Source: Guillardia theta CCMP2712 (taxonomy: Eukaryota; Protista; Cryptophyta). From it: a stretch of DNA of 64,000 bases. The stretch is taken from contig NW_005434520.1 of assembly GCF_000315625.1 (NCBI RefSeq), forward strand, positions 58,403 to 122,402. The letters are read 5' to 3'. Position 1 is the stretch's first letter. Every line of letters starts with the position of its first letter. A program made the position numbers and the translations under genes. The notes beneath the pieces were generated by a model. It was given only the letters and a program-made list of their open reading frames with translations. It had not been told where the DNA came from and ran no database searches. This document shows, piece after piece, positions 12,501 to 25,010 of this stretch.

Positions 12501-15500
12501 GGTATAGATGCTCTTGGACGGGTAAATGAATGGAACAACAAGGCAGCTGATATTACGGGCTTCTCGAGTGATGAAGTTGTTGGGCGAGACTTGGTTCAGG
12601 ACTTTATTACTGAGGAGTATCAGATTTCTGTCAAAGAGGTGTTTGACAATGCACTCAAGGGAAAAGAGGCGGCGAACTTCGAGTTCCCCCTGTACACGAA
12701 GGATAAAAGAAGAGTGGAGGTGCTGCTCAACGCCACGACACGAAGGGACGTGAGCGGGCGGGTCATTGGAGTCATTGGGGTCGGGCAGGACATCACCGAG
12801 AGGAAGCAGGTTGAGATTGAAAAGACCCGAGTGGCGCAGGAGCTGCAGACTTTCATCGACACGGCGAACGCTCCCATCTTCGGCATCGACGCGAACGGGC
12901 TTGTGAACGAGTGGAACAACAAGGCGGCGGAGATCACGGGCTTCTCGAGGGAGGAGGTGATGGGGCAGAGCCTTGTCGATGTGTACATCACGGACGAGTA
13001 TCGGGCGTCGGTGAAAGCGGTACTAGACAATGCTCTACAGGGTCGCGAGGCGGCGAACTTCGAGTTTCCTCTCTTCACCAAGGATAAGCAACGAGTTGAG
13101 GTGCTGCTGAACGCGACCTCGAGACGTGACGTGACAGGAAAGATTATCGGAGTGATCGGGGTCGGGCAGGATATTACCGAGATGCGTAGGCTGATGAACC
13201 AGGAGACTTTGTTCACTCAAGCTCAGGCAGCCAATGAAGCAAAATCTCAATTCCTGGCGAACATGTCTCATGAGATGCGAACGCCTTTGAACGTTATTAT
13301 GGGCATGTGCCAATTGATCTTGGATACAAAACTCTCTGCTGAAGCTCGAAAATTTACAGAGCAGATCATGACGTCGTCAGAAGCGTTGTTATTCCTTATC
13401 AATGAAATTCTGGATCTTACAAAGATTGAAGCTGGGCAGCTGGAGCTCTCAAATATGAACTTTGATTTGCGACAAGTGCTTGAGGATACGGTTGACTCTG
13501 TGGCTTCGAGAGCTTTGAAGAAAGGCCTTGAGATTTGTTCGTTTCTGGACCCAGACAACTCAACGTCGGTCAATGGAGATCCAGATCGTCTGAGACAGAT
13601 ATTGCTCAATCTGCTTTCTAATGCGATCAAATTCACAAAGAATGGTCAAGTCTATGTGTTGGTGGAAACCGAAGAAGTGACCAATTCGCACGTTACCTTC
13701 AGGTTCAAAGTCTATGATTCTGGCATCGGAATCTCAGAAAAAGGACAGAAGAAATTGTTTGGACGTTTTTCGCAAGTCGACTCTTCGACAACTCGCGAGT
13801 TTGGTGGAACTGGGCTGGGACTTGCAATCTCGAAAGAGTTTGCTGAACTCATGAATGGCTCCATGGGCGTGCACAGCACTCCTGGTGTCGGATCTCTCTT
13901 TTGGTTCACCGCAATGTTCCAACGTCGACCGGATGAGCGTCCGGCATACTGCATCACCTCAGGCCATGTGATGAACGCGTTGCTTATTGCCAAGAATGAG
14001 ACTCTACGTAATTCTGTTCTCCGATTGTTGGAGGCCCTGGGTGTGAATGTGTCGGCCGTTGAAAGCACTGCCAAGCTGCCCAACAACCTCCAGCAGTTCC
14101 AAGTGGTCATTATTTGTCCTGCTGCGTCGAACGACGAAGGACTAAGCCTTGCGACATCGCCTGACATTGTCAAGAACGGGGATGACTTGAACTCGTCAAG
14201 GAATTTCCTTAATCGCGTGGCTCAAGATTACTCTTCAGTGCGTACCATCTTGCTCTGCCCCCTTACGCAGTTGAGTCAAGCCTCGGACTGCCGCAAGATT
14301 GCCAACTGCTCAGTCGTCAGTCGCCCTGTCCGGCTCTCCACGCTCTGCGAGGTTCTATCTCAAGAGGGCTCACAAGAGGAGTTTGGTATGTCGTCGAAAA
14401 GCCTCAGCCAGCGTGAGATGGATACCATCCCGGAAGAGCCTTCGGAGCTCAGTAACCTCTGCTTGTTTTGCCGCATTCTCCACTTACATCCTTTGCAGAG
14501 TTGTTGATCGCGATCTCAAATGATTCCCAGAGGATGGTCGCAAAAGCCATTCTAACCAGAGAGATGTACGTTCAGGAAGGTTGCCGTGTTCATGCTGAGC
14601 CTGCCGCAGGTACAAATGTACAGTCGTTACTAAAGCTGAAGAGTTCTCTGGCTCCATCAAACAAACCAAGGAAGGGTGGAACCATGACGTCGTCTTTCTA
14701 GAATTGTCAAAAGGCAACGACAAGGTGAAAACGAAGCAGCAATTTACCTTGAGACGCTCACTGTTATGGGTTTGCCAGCTCCAGCCAGTCTTGGAAACCT
14801 TGCGGCGTATTCGCGAGATCGAAAACAATTGCTCGATATCAAAGGTCTTTGTTTCTCATGTCTTCGCAATTCCTCCTTACTGTCTTGCAGAAATTGTTCG
14901 TTGTTGGAGTACTTTCCGGCAAAGAATCAAACACTAACGAGGAGGTGCCTGACGGTGTTGACGTGTGTTTGAACATGCCGCTGGAAAGGTCATCAATCAC
15001 AGAGGCCATGCAAGGAATCATGCGTCAACGGCGTTCCGCTTCTATTGATGCTGCAATGTGTGGAAAATCTTCAGAGAATGGTTTGCACCGTCAAGTGCGA
15101 GTGCTGGTTGTCGATGACGACTATGGGCAACGTGCTGTCTTGAAGGCGATGCTGCAGAAGGAAGGCTTTGATGTCGAAGTGGCAGAAGACGGCGATCAAG
15201 CAGTCAAAGCCGTGTTGAGGGTTCCATACGATGTCGTCCTGATGGACGGGTTCATGCCGAACAAGACAGGCTGGGAGGCAACGGTTGACATCCGCAAGGA
15301 AGAGAGCAAGTTTCCAGACAAGAGGAGAGTTGTGATCATCGGTGTCACTGGAGCCACATCAAAGGATGATGAGACCAAGTGCTTCGAGTCAGGCATGACC
15401 GACGTCATCTCCAAACCTGTCAAGCGCGAAGCCTTAACGGCTAAGATCCGACAGTGGACGAAAGACATTGGGGGAGGCGCTCCAGAGGTCTTGAATCCCT

Positions 15501-16734
15501 CAAAACCCTTTTCTAGCCCATGCCCTTGCAATGACCCCAAGGTTCTCATCCTCAGCAAAGATAGAGCTAACAGGATTGTGCTGAAGAAGATCCTCAGTAA
15601 TGTGCAGTTCAAGAGCGAATGTGTCGAGTCAGCCGAGAACTATATGAAGCTGCTGGACATTGGCGGGATTGATTGCATCTTTATGGAGTCTAACGCGGAT
15701 TACGAAATCTTCGGTTTGCTTCAAGAGACCAGACAGCTGCTGGACTCAGGCCGTAAATCAAAGTTTCCCATCTTCGCCATTACCTCTGAGAGCGACGAGA
15801 GCACGTATTGCGCAAGTCTTGATGGTTTGCATATCTGAACATTCTTGTTTCCTTCAGGTTTGTGTCGAGAGGCTTCACCAACATCATCCGCAAACCCTTC
15901 GACAAAGCTTCCATCGTCTCCTTGATGGAGGAGTACGTGACTTCCCCAGAGCAGAAGGAGAATGAGAACCTCGAGCTGGCTCAGGTCAACCAGGTCGCCA
16001 ACGGCAAGGCGAAGGGGGTAAGACTGCATGTGGAGGAGCGGCAGGTGAGGCTGACGGGAGATGGCAGGCAAACATCCTGATAGTTGAGGACCACTGGGCC
16101 AACCGGAGGCTGCTGGAGGCGATGCTGATCAAGCAGGGACACACGATGGAGGCTGTTGAGAACGGGCTGGAGGCCGTCAATATCACAGGCTCCCGCAAGT
16201 ATGACGTGATCCTCATGGATTGCAACATGCCCATCATGGACGGCTGGCAGGTACGAGTTGACTTGTGGTGATGGTGATACGGTTGGACTCGAGATGGGAG
16301 CGGGGGAGGGAAAGGAAGAGAAGTGGGGAGGGGGGTTGAAAGGAAGAGAAGGGGGGAGTGGGGAGGGAGGATGAGGCTCGTTTTGCTTCAGGCGTCTTCC
16401 AAGATCCGACAGAAGGAAGGGCCCAACCAGAAGACGCCCATCATTGCGGTGACGGCGAACGCCATGAAGGTGAAGAAGGCGGCAGGAGATGCGGGACTTT
16501 TGACGGGGAGCAGGGGGACCGAGAGAAATGCCTCGCTGCGGGGATGGATGATTACATCAGCAAACCCGTCGATCGCAAACGACTCGAGGTAAAATGAAAG
16601 ATGAGCGAAAGGAGGACAACGTTGACGTATGTGCAGGAGCTGATCTTCAAGTGGACCACGAAGGCGAGCAAGAGGTGAGCTGTGCATTCCTTGTCTCACG
16701 AGCTCTCGTGATTTTGTTGGACCTGAGCAGTTGA
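9542..16734 (+). CDS. Hybrid sensor histidine kinase: 9 PAS/PAC repeats, HisKA, HATPase_c and ~5 receiver domains (multi-exon)
   Basis: Repeated FIDTANAPIFGID...EWNNKAAEITGF...GVGQDITE; H-box FLANMSHEMRTPLN; N-box LRQILLNLLSNAIKFT; G1 DSGIGI; G2 GGTGLGLAIS; canonical receivers VLVVDDD...VLMDGFMP and ILIVEDH...ILMDCNMPIMDG...GMDDYISKP; inferred stop TGA at 16732-16734 after the last intron. Confidence 0.93.
10560..13180 (+). repeat. 381-bp (127-codon) coding tandem repeat encoding PAS domains
   Basis: gcagactttcatcgacacggcg recurs at 11321, 11702, 12083, 12464 and 12845 (period 381); related units at ~10560 and ~10941. Confidence 0.95.
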
Positions 16735-16917
16735 TCTCTCCATCAAGACTCGTTGGGTCACGGCGAGTCAGCGCCATGAGCAAACGAGAAATACTGTACG
16801 ATAGTCGATGCTGTTGTAGTCTAGTGTTGAATCATAAAGAGGTGCCTCCTGCTATCACTCCAGCCCCTCTCCTCTCCCATCTTCCTCTCCTCTTCCCCTT
16901 CCCCCTCTCTCCTCCCC

Positions 16918-17219
16918 TCAACGCGCTTCAGCCTCGCTCGCTCGCCTGGCCCGTTCGTACCATTCCTGCGAGGACACTGAAAGATGCTCAGAGGAAGGGA
17001 AACAGCACCTCAGCTGCTGTCTTGTTGCAGGCAACTGCTCGTCCTGTCTCGTACAGTTCGCCGAGTGACTCCATGGCCTACACGCGCGTCAGGGAGCGAA
17101 AGAAGAGGAGGGGAAGCAAGTACTAGATCGCATCCGTTGTCTGCTGCCTTGCGGAGCCAGGACACCCCCTTCGCCTCATCCTGCTGTCACAGTCAAACTT
17201 AAAGATCATTCTACTGTCT

Positions 17220-17309
<90 letters not shown>

Positions 17310-18862
17310 GCCCTCCCACTCTCTTTGCCTTGGTCAAACTTCCGAGCCCGTCGAGCCAGCAGATCGCAAGGTTGTACTGAGCCAAGGGATGATCCTTGCT
17401 GGCAGCCTGCTGGCCTAGTCAGATGAGGTTTTGATGCTCATCAAGTTTGCGCCTTGCGGAAGAAGTCAAGTGACTTCTTAGGGTCTGATGGCAGGCCGTA
17501 GGAGGCGTTGGAGTACAAAATTCCCAGCTTGAACTGAGCCTCTGCATCCCCCTCCGGCACATGTCACGCTCTCTTGAGCCCCCTCCCCCCCCCCCTCACC
17601 ATCCGCGATGCCTCCAGGAGCAGCTCAAGTCCTGCCTGGCGAGCTCTGGATCAGCTGGAGAAGACAGAGAGAAAGTGGAGGGGAGGAGAGGAGGGGAGGG
17701 GGGGAGGGACCTGGGGGTCTCGCTCGACTCCTTGGGCCTTGAAGTACTTGAGGCCTAGGATCGTGTGGGCCGGACGATCTCCCAACTTGACGGCCTGCGA
17801 GAAGAATGAGAGAGAAAGAGAGAGAGAGGAGGGGACACAAAGAATGTCGGCGACAGGAAGGGAGGCAGACTCAAATGGTCAAAGGACGAGGACGAGGAGG
17901 AGGAGGAGGAGGAGGAGGAGGAGGAGGAGGAGGAGGAGGAGGAGGAGGAGGAAGGAGAAGGGTTTAGGGAAGAGAATGAGAATGAGATATGGAAGAAGAG
18001 GAAAACAGTCGAGGGGAGAAGTGAGGAGGGGAATGAAGTAACCTCTCTCAAGAAGTGGATCGCCTTGGAGTTATCCTGTCGCGTAGATCAGAAATTAGGA
18101 GGAAGAATGAAGAGGAAGGAACGGAGGACCTGAGGTACTCCATCGCCTGACTCGTACATGATAGCAAGGTTTCGCTGTAAGAAGCAAAAAAGCGTCAGCC
18201 TCCTCCTCTCGCTTCAGTTTCATCACATTGGCTTTTGCAGAGCCTCTGCTCGCAGCAAACGTGTAGGCGCGGATCGCTTCCACCTTGTTCTAACAAGCAA
18301 GAAGTGTGAGGATACTAAAGAAAAATGGGAGGGAGGAAGGGAGGGAGGGAGGGAGGGAGGGAGGGAGGATGCAGAATGGTACAGAGCATAAGAAAAAGCA
18401 ACTTGAGAAGCGGCAGCGAGGAGGAGGAGGAGGAGTAGGAAGGGGAGGGGGGAGGGGGGCTTTGGAAGCAGAGCACCCGCGGACATCCAAGGCCGTTAAA
18501 TAGACACCATCCATAAGCAAGAGATGCGTCGACTGTATGCAGTCAAAGTCAAGTAGTGACCCTGTCGCATCCCATCCCTTCGCTTCCTCTCCTTGTCTCT
18601 CATCTTCCATCCTCTCCCTCCCTCCCTCCTTCCTTCCTCACCATCTCCCTCCTCCGCGGCGTGTTTGAAGAGCTCGCTGGCCTTGACCTGATGTAGATAA
18701 ATTCTCCTCCTCCCCTTCTCGCATGCACACCTTGTCTATCTTCTTCACGCCGATGCCTGAGAACAGTCGGAGACCAAATTCATACTGCAGAAGCAAAATC
18801 ATCTATCTTCCCGCTCTCTTATTCCCATCAGCTCTCCTCCTCTGCACAACCAAACGTTTTTA

Positions 18863-18942
<80 letters not shown>

Positions 18943-18943
18943 G

Positions 18944-18993
<50 letters not shown>

Positions 18994-19756
18994 TCCCATC
19001 TTTGTCTTTTGTTTCTTTCATGCATCTCCCTCACTCACAGAAGCTTTGACATGTCCTTGTTTTGCCGCCTTCTCGAACCTGAAAGGGTCGGGGACAGAAA
19101 GGAAGGCGGAAGAGAAAAAAAGCAAATGAAGAGTAAGTATGGGAGGGCGAGAAAGAAGGAGGAAGAGGAGGAGGAGGAGGAGGAGGAGGAGGAGGAGGAG
19201 GAGGAGGAGGAAGGAGGAAGAGGAGGAGGGGGTGGGGGGGGAAGCAACAGAGAGCCAGTCAGAGAGACATGAGAGAAAGTTGCGAATCAATAGGAGACCG
19301 ACCAGAAGGAAGATCGATTTTCATTCTGTTGGCATCCTTTCCCAGTAGAGAAGCACAGCTGTTGTAGTCGTTATCCCTCCCGAGGAGCGGCAAGGGCACA
19401 CACACAGCAAGCTCGTACTGAGCAGTCGCATCTCCGTCCTCTGCTTCCTCCATCCCTGAAGGCTGTCAGACACCTTCCTGCTCTACTTGAGTTTACAATG
19501 ATCTGCGCCATGCTGTCTTTTCTTCTTCTTCTTCTTGGTAGGCGCGTTTGCCTCCGCCTGCTCTTGCTCTACATCTTCAGCTTTGATCTCATCACTTCGC
19601 TTCTTTCTGTGTAGCGTCCCGTCAGTTTCTCCTCTTCCTCCTCCTCATCGCTTCTACTTGCTCGTGACCTCCAGCCGTTTGCTCGCTGCTTCCCATCCAC
19701 GCTGGCGATATTGCTGGCTTGTCTTCTTTGGATCATATTCTTCAGATGAATCAGAG

Positions 19757-19794
<38 letters not shown>

Positions 19795-20574
19795 TTCTTG
19801 TCTCTCTTCGCTTTTCTTCTCACGGTCCTGACAAGCTCAGTCAGGATGCGAGCAGGCGGTCGGCCGCATCCCACCTGATGTCCGCGTCTTCCTCCGCCCC
19901 TCAGCGAGACGAAGCATGGGATCCAGCAAGGACCAGGACGCGCTACCGCACGGTGATAGGGCTCGAGTCCAAGATCGATGCTCTCGGGGATCACCAAGTA
20001 GTGTAGGAGGAGGAGGAGGGGAACGCACTGGCACTTTGTCAGCGCAAGAAGAGAGCTATGCACAATCCTTCACCAGCGGATTCATGGCTTTCTTTGACGA
20101 TCTTCTTCTATCTCTTCCTCCCAAGTTTCCAGAGGAAGCCGTTGTTGCGGTTGATCCCCTGTGTTTCTGCTCTGACTGTGGGGACATGCTTGCTGTTCTT
20201 GCTTCCTCCCTCCCTCTCATTCTGAGAGTCTTCCTACCCTCATCCTCTCTCGTCACACGTGTCGCTCCCGCCATCTCGCATCCTCCCTCCCTCCACCTCT
20301 GCCTCTCCCTCGCACCGACCCCGGTCCCCCGCGTATCCTGGTTTCCTCGCGTTGCGCCCCGACTCTATTGTCCAGGCGGCCGAAAGGGAGGGAGGAGGGG
20401 AGGAGGTGGAAGCGGGGGTGGAGGGGGGGGCGGAGGAGGAAGCTGAAGCCAAGGGTGGAGACTTGAAGAGTTGGAAGTAGGCGAGGCCATGAAAGATGGC
20501 GAAGACAGCATCGGACCATGATGGGCGGGCAGGGAGGGGGAAAGGAAGAAAGACAGCCAAGCTTTAACTAGCAT
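16918..20574 (-). CDS. Sel1-like repeat (SLR) protein, multi-exon; start uncertain
   Basis: Exons read AEDGDATAQYELAVC, FEKAAKQGHVKAS-YEFGLRLFSGIGVKKIDK-VKASELFKHAAE, LGLKYFKAQGVERDP, GDAEAQFKLGILY, HPLAQYNLAICWLDGLG, QDEAKGVSWLRKAADNG, AMESLGELYETGRAV and EWYERARR; stop at 16918-16920. Confidence 0.8.
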
Positions 20575-20706
20575 GCAGTTCCAGGCAGAAAACGTGCATG
20601 AACATGTCGAATCAATATCATCTTCATATCTAAGTTGCTCCTGTGTTTGCCTTCCACTTGAGTGAGAAAGTAAACTTTGATATCATTTGGTCTTGAGCAG
20701 CTTCTG

Positions 20707-21627
20707 TCATTCATTCATGACAGACAGGTTCCTTTCTTTCTTACGCTTCTCCTTGTCCTTCTTCTTTTGACGGTCATTGAATCTTCTTTTCTCGAACGCT
20801 ACTTCACGTTTTGCACCAAAGGAGATGCTAGAGGGAATGCTGATCCGCTGCACATGAGAGCATAGATCCTCCATCTCCTCATCATGCTCTCCTCCTTGCG
20901 CGTCCTCGCTCTCCATGTTCTCGTGGGCCTGAGGTTTCTTCTTTCCTTCCTTTCTCTTCTTCGCTCCCTGCACGTTGAATCGCAAGCTTCTGGGATACTT
21001 GTGCACATTGACCAGGTGCCAGTGACGCTGCAGCTCGCCCTTGAACTTCTTGCCGCATCCTTCCACCAGGCATTCGTACATGTTCTCCCGCTTCGCCATC
21101 GCCCGAAAGAAGCTGTCGTGAGTCTCCTGGACATGCAGCCCCAACAATCGGCAGGTGCGAAAGTTTGCCTTGCAGATGGAGCAGGTGTTAACATGCGAGT
21201 GAGCGTAATGCCGCTCGTACTCCTCAATGGACGAGCTCACATACCTACATCCGTCTATCCCACATTGAATCTCCTCACACACATCATGCAGACTCTTCAT
21301 CCCCAGCTCTCGCAGCCCCTTCTTGACAAGAACCTCTCTCGTAGCGTTGCCCTCCTGAAAGAACGTGTCCCAAGGAGCGTAGGATCGTTTGCAAGGCCTG
21401 TAAGCATTCATTCTTGCATCGTCGAGATTCATGGCAGTCGGACACCCGCCATGGGACACGGGCTCCTCTTGGTTGGGATCCATATTCTCTCCGGTACAAT
21501 GACGCGAACGATATTCCATGATGCTCACTAGTTCAAGATCAAGGATCCTGCAATGAATCAAGGTCAATCCATGAACAAAAAATGTTGGAAAGACACAACC
21601 AATCCGCACTTTGCAATGCTTTCCCAC
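20707..21627 (-). CDS. ZNF511-like C2H2 zinc-finger protein (5' end uncertain)
   Basis: Three C2H2 fingers CGIDGC...HYAHSH, CSIC...HVQETH-DSFF and YECLVEGC...HLVNVHKYP; the HDSFF and CLVEGC..HxYP motifs are typical of ZNF511 homologues. Confidence 0.8.
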   Translation of the reverse strand: MGKHCKVRIGCVFPTFFVHGLTLIHCRILDLELVSIMEYRSRHCTGENMDPNQEEPVSHGGCPTAMNLDDARMNAYRPCKRSYAPWDTFFQEGNATREVLVKKGLRELGMKSLHDVCEEIQCGIDGCRYVSSSIEEYERHYAHSHVNTCSICKANFRTCRLLGLHVQETHDSFFRAMAKRENMYECLVEGCGKKFKGELQRHWHLVNVHKYPRSLRFNVQGAKKRKEGKKKPQAHENMESEDAQGGEHDEEMEDLCSHVQRISIPSSISFGAKREVAFEKRRFNDRQKKKDKEKRKKERNLSVMNE

Positions 21628-21949
21628 ATATCCTACTCACTACCTGATCATAATTTGCTTTAGTCATTCTTCTTTTTCTGCTACCTGACTCAGTGAGAAT
21701 CTTGAAGAGTAATCTCGTGAGATGATAGTCCCTTCCCTCCCTCCCTCCCTCCCTCCCTCCCTCCCTCCCTGCATCGATGTCTCCTTTCAACATCCTTGAA
21801 AAGTTCACCAACGTATTTCAGCAACTTCTGCTATTCTTGCTCGTTGTGCTCCTTGGGGTCGCGATCGTGGCTCCTTATCTCCTTTGCCTTGGCGCTGCCG
21901 TAGTGCGCATAGAATCAGTTGACCCTGCAGTTCCGTGGAAGGAACAAAT

Positions 21950-23075
21950 TTCAAAGTCGGGGCCGTCAGTGCCACGGTGTGACTCGTACGTCACCAGGCC
22001 CGGCGCTCGGCCTGTCACGCGGCCGGCAAGCCAAGTTGCCTTCAGTACGGTACCGTCAACTTGTGCCGCTGACGGACGGTGCCGCGGTCGGTGGGCCCCC
22101 AAACTTACAGTCACGGATACCTTCCAACGGCTCACTGGCTTGACTGGCCAGTGCGGCGCTCCGAGCCTCGGAGGACCCGGACCTCGTTAACAATCAATGC
22201 CATTGCCAGCTGAATCCGATCCCCGGCGGGCCCCCGGCTCGCCGCGAGTCACACGGTCAGCCGAGTCACGCCTGGCGCTGCCACCGTGGCGCGCCGCGCC
22301 CGGCCGCCCGGCCCGGCACTGATCGGACCCGGGGCCGCGGCACCCGGTGGTGGCCAGCCGCATGCCCAGTGCCGCGCTGCCAGGTGAGAGTGATAAGTAC
22401 GGTCGCCCAGTGAGTGACGGTGGGAGTCCGACGGTCCGATCGGACTCATCATCTGTTCAATTCGGATCCCCGGCGGAAGTTCGCCGAGCGCTCCGCCGGA
22501 GATGGGCCGGGCGGGCGGCCGGGCGGCCGGGCCGCCCGGCCACCGCTGGGGGCCCCGGGCCGGCGCGCGAGTCACTGGCCGCACTTCAACTGCCGCAGTG
22601 CGGCTGGTCAGTCCGAGCCGCGGAGCCGTGCAGTGCCACCGCGGCATCCGACTGATGAGTCATGACCGTACCTGCCACAGGTACGTGCGGTGCGGCTAGT
22701 GACGTACGGTATGCTGCGCGTCATAGGGATGATAGGACTGGGATAAGTTGAGTCTCGTGAGGCCCCTATCCCCCGCTACTTAAAGTACCCCTCCGTCGCT
22801 CTACCCTCCCCGTTTCCTTCCATGTTCCTCCAGTCAACTTTGGGTTTCCCGGATGTCAAGCCCGCCCAGACCACCCCACCCCCAATTTATCTATCAGCCC
22901 TAAATGCAACAGATCCTGGAAACCCCCCTAGGAGATTTTGAGGGAGGGGGTGGGGACAGGCAACCCTTTCATGTTTGTAGCCTACCCTACCCACACAAAT
23001 ACCCTACCCTACCTCTTACCTACCCTATGTTTATAAGTGTCCTCGTACTGATTTTTAACTTAACTTTGAGTAAAG
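21950..23075. repeat. Second GC-rich mosaic block, ending in the reverse-complement ACTCAAAGTTAAGTTA motif
   Basis: Same composition as 7050-9000; gtcctcgtactgatttttaacttaactttgagtaaag at ~23039-23075. Confidence 0.55.
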
Positions 23076-23775
23076 AAGCCCAGGACCCTGGCCTCTGCTT
23101 ATGTCAAGGTATCGTGAAAAATAATGAGAACGAAACAAAATCTCTATAAAAGAAATTTTTTACAGTACCGACAAAGCCAAATAAATCACGTTTATTATTT
23201 TCTAAATATATATTATTAGTAATTTTGAAAAAAAACATGAGGTGACTAAAGTTTATGATGCTGGCTGTTCCTGCAGGAAGTTGACGTGAAGGAAGCAGGA
23301 CCATGAGACCGTGAGGGAGGAGGGAAGGGAGGGGGAGAGGGCAGAGAAGAACGAGCGTGAGAGGATCAGATCGTCTGTTGAAACAGACTTGAAGAGCAAG
23401 GATGTTGTGGGTGCATCTATTCCGAAACTTGTGTGATGAGAGCGGTGAGGGATTACTTGAAAAGGCTCCAGGGCCTCTGGAGGGATACAATGGAACATGC
23501 GTACCTGAACGTTCAGCTAAGAAGTCGTGCGTGTAAGGAGGTCGAAGATCAACTAGATTCTGATGGGGATTAAGGTCTTGCAGAGCACCAGGTTCAATGC
23601 AAGTTTGTAGAGCAGAATTAGGAGTGACCATACTTGAAGTAGAAGTACACACATACAAGCGTGAGCATATATTGTGGTGTAGGAAAACACAACAATGTTA
23701 TTGTGATTATCATCTATCGCTTTGATGGTTGAGAGGCGTGAGACTCTCATATGACATGATGATACAGACTTGAAG

Positions 23776-24956
23776 ATGCCAGGAATAGTTCGCCTGGCAC
23801 TTGTTCTAAACCTTGTCGCGCCCTCAGCATGCTTCCTCACTCCTTCGATGAAACTGATTCGGCCAGGTGAAGTCTCAAGTTTGCCTTTGATTCGGTCTGA
23901 GTGTTTTTTGAGCAGCCATGGAACTGAAATCGTCATCTTTCCTGGCATCCTCTGCTCGCACTTGTACAGCATCGCCATCGCTCTCGAAGCATCGTTGCCG
24001 TGCCATGAGTGCTTTGAGGATGCAAGTGGACAAGACAAAAGGTCTAGAGCGACATCCTTCCATATTGCATGTTTTTGAACGTGTATCGTATTCATTTCTG
24101 TGATGATATGATCTCTGTTCCCATTTGATGCCGTTATATTCATGATTACGTCTGGTGCAGCGAATTCCGGGAGTGGCAAGTCATCGGCAGCGTACAAGGC
24201 AAGGTAGTAGGCGATTTTATTTAACATGACAAGATTGTTAGACTGCATTGAGAGACACTGCCATCGCCGTTTCTCTTGCTTCCGCGTTCGGGGTAGCAAA
24301 ATTCTCACCATATGCTTGCAATCGCTCATTTCCCTGTCAGATTGGTATCTGGAATTTTCTTGGTGGAGACAAGGCACTTGAATACTTCACTGGGTATCTT
24401 TTGGGTACACAAATCTCTGATTTACTTTTCTTGTGTGATCTTCCTTTGTAGAGGAATCTTTGTCTGTCGATAACTTGTTTGTATTTCTCCTTCTCTTCGA
24501 GGTAAAAGAGTAGTGCGTTTTCATGTTTCTTTGACTCATTGCTTCCACAGTATTTCAAAGTTCCTCAATCACAACAAAAAAAAGTTTTATCCTATGGAAT
24601 ATGGGTAACGACACAGGTCAGGATTTGATGTATCTGAGTTTCAAACAGGGCGCTATCGTGATGAGGGCTGGATTCATCTCAGCAGGTTTCCCCCCTTGTT
24701 GCTGTCTCTGCTTGACTTGTTCGTTCCCGCCCTCCTTCCACAGGTCTAGTTGCAATCCAGCAGTTTCGTGGAGTTCTCTTGGTGTTTGCTGGACTTCTGA
24801 TGTATTCTTCCTTCAAGATGCTCACCGGTAAGCCCCAAGCGATGGACAGGAAGCAACGAGGAAAGACTCTACGAGAGAGCGAGAGCGAATGAGAGAGAGA
24901 GAGAGACAGAGAGACAGAGAGACAGAGAGCGAGAGCGAATGAGAGCGAGAGAGACT

Positions 24957-25010
<54 letters not shown>

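Noticed and set aside
10931-12541. 536-aa antisense ORF over the PAS repeats
   Set aside because: Shadow of the repetitive GC-rich sense coding frame; no independent motifs
23553-24377. 274-aa minus-strand ORF
   Set aside because: Overlaps the TerC presequence and first exons on the opposite strand; no recognisable motif
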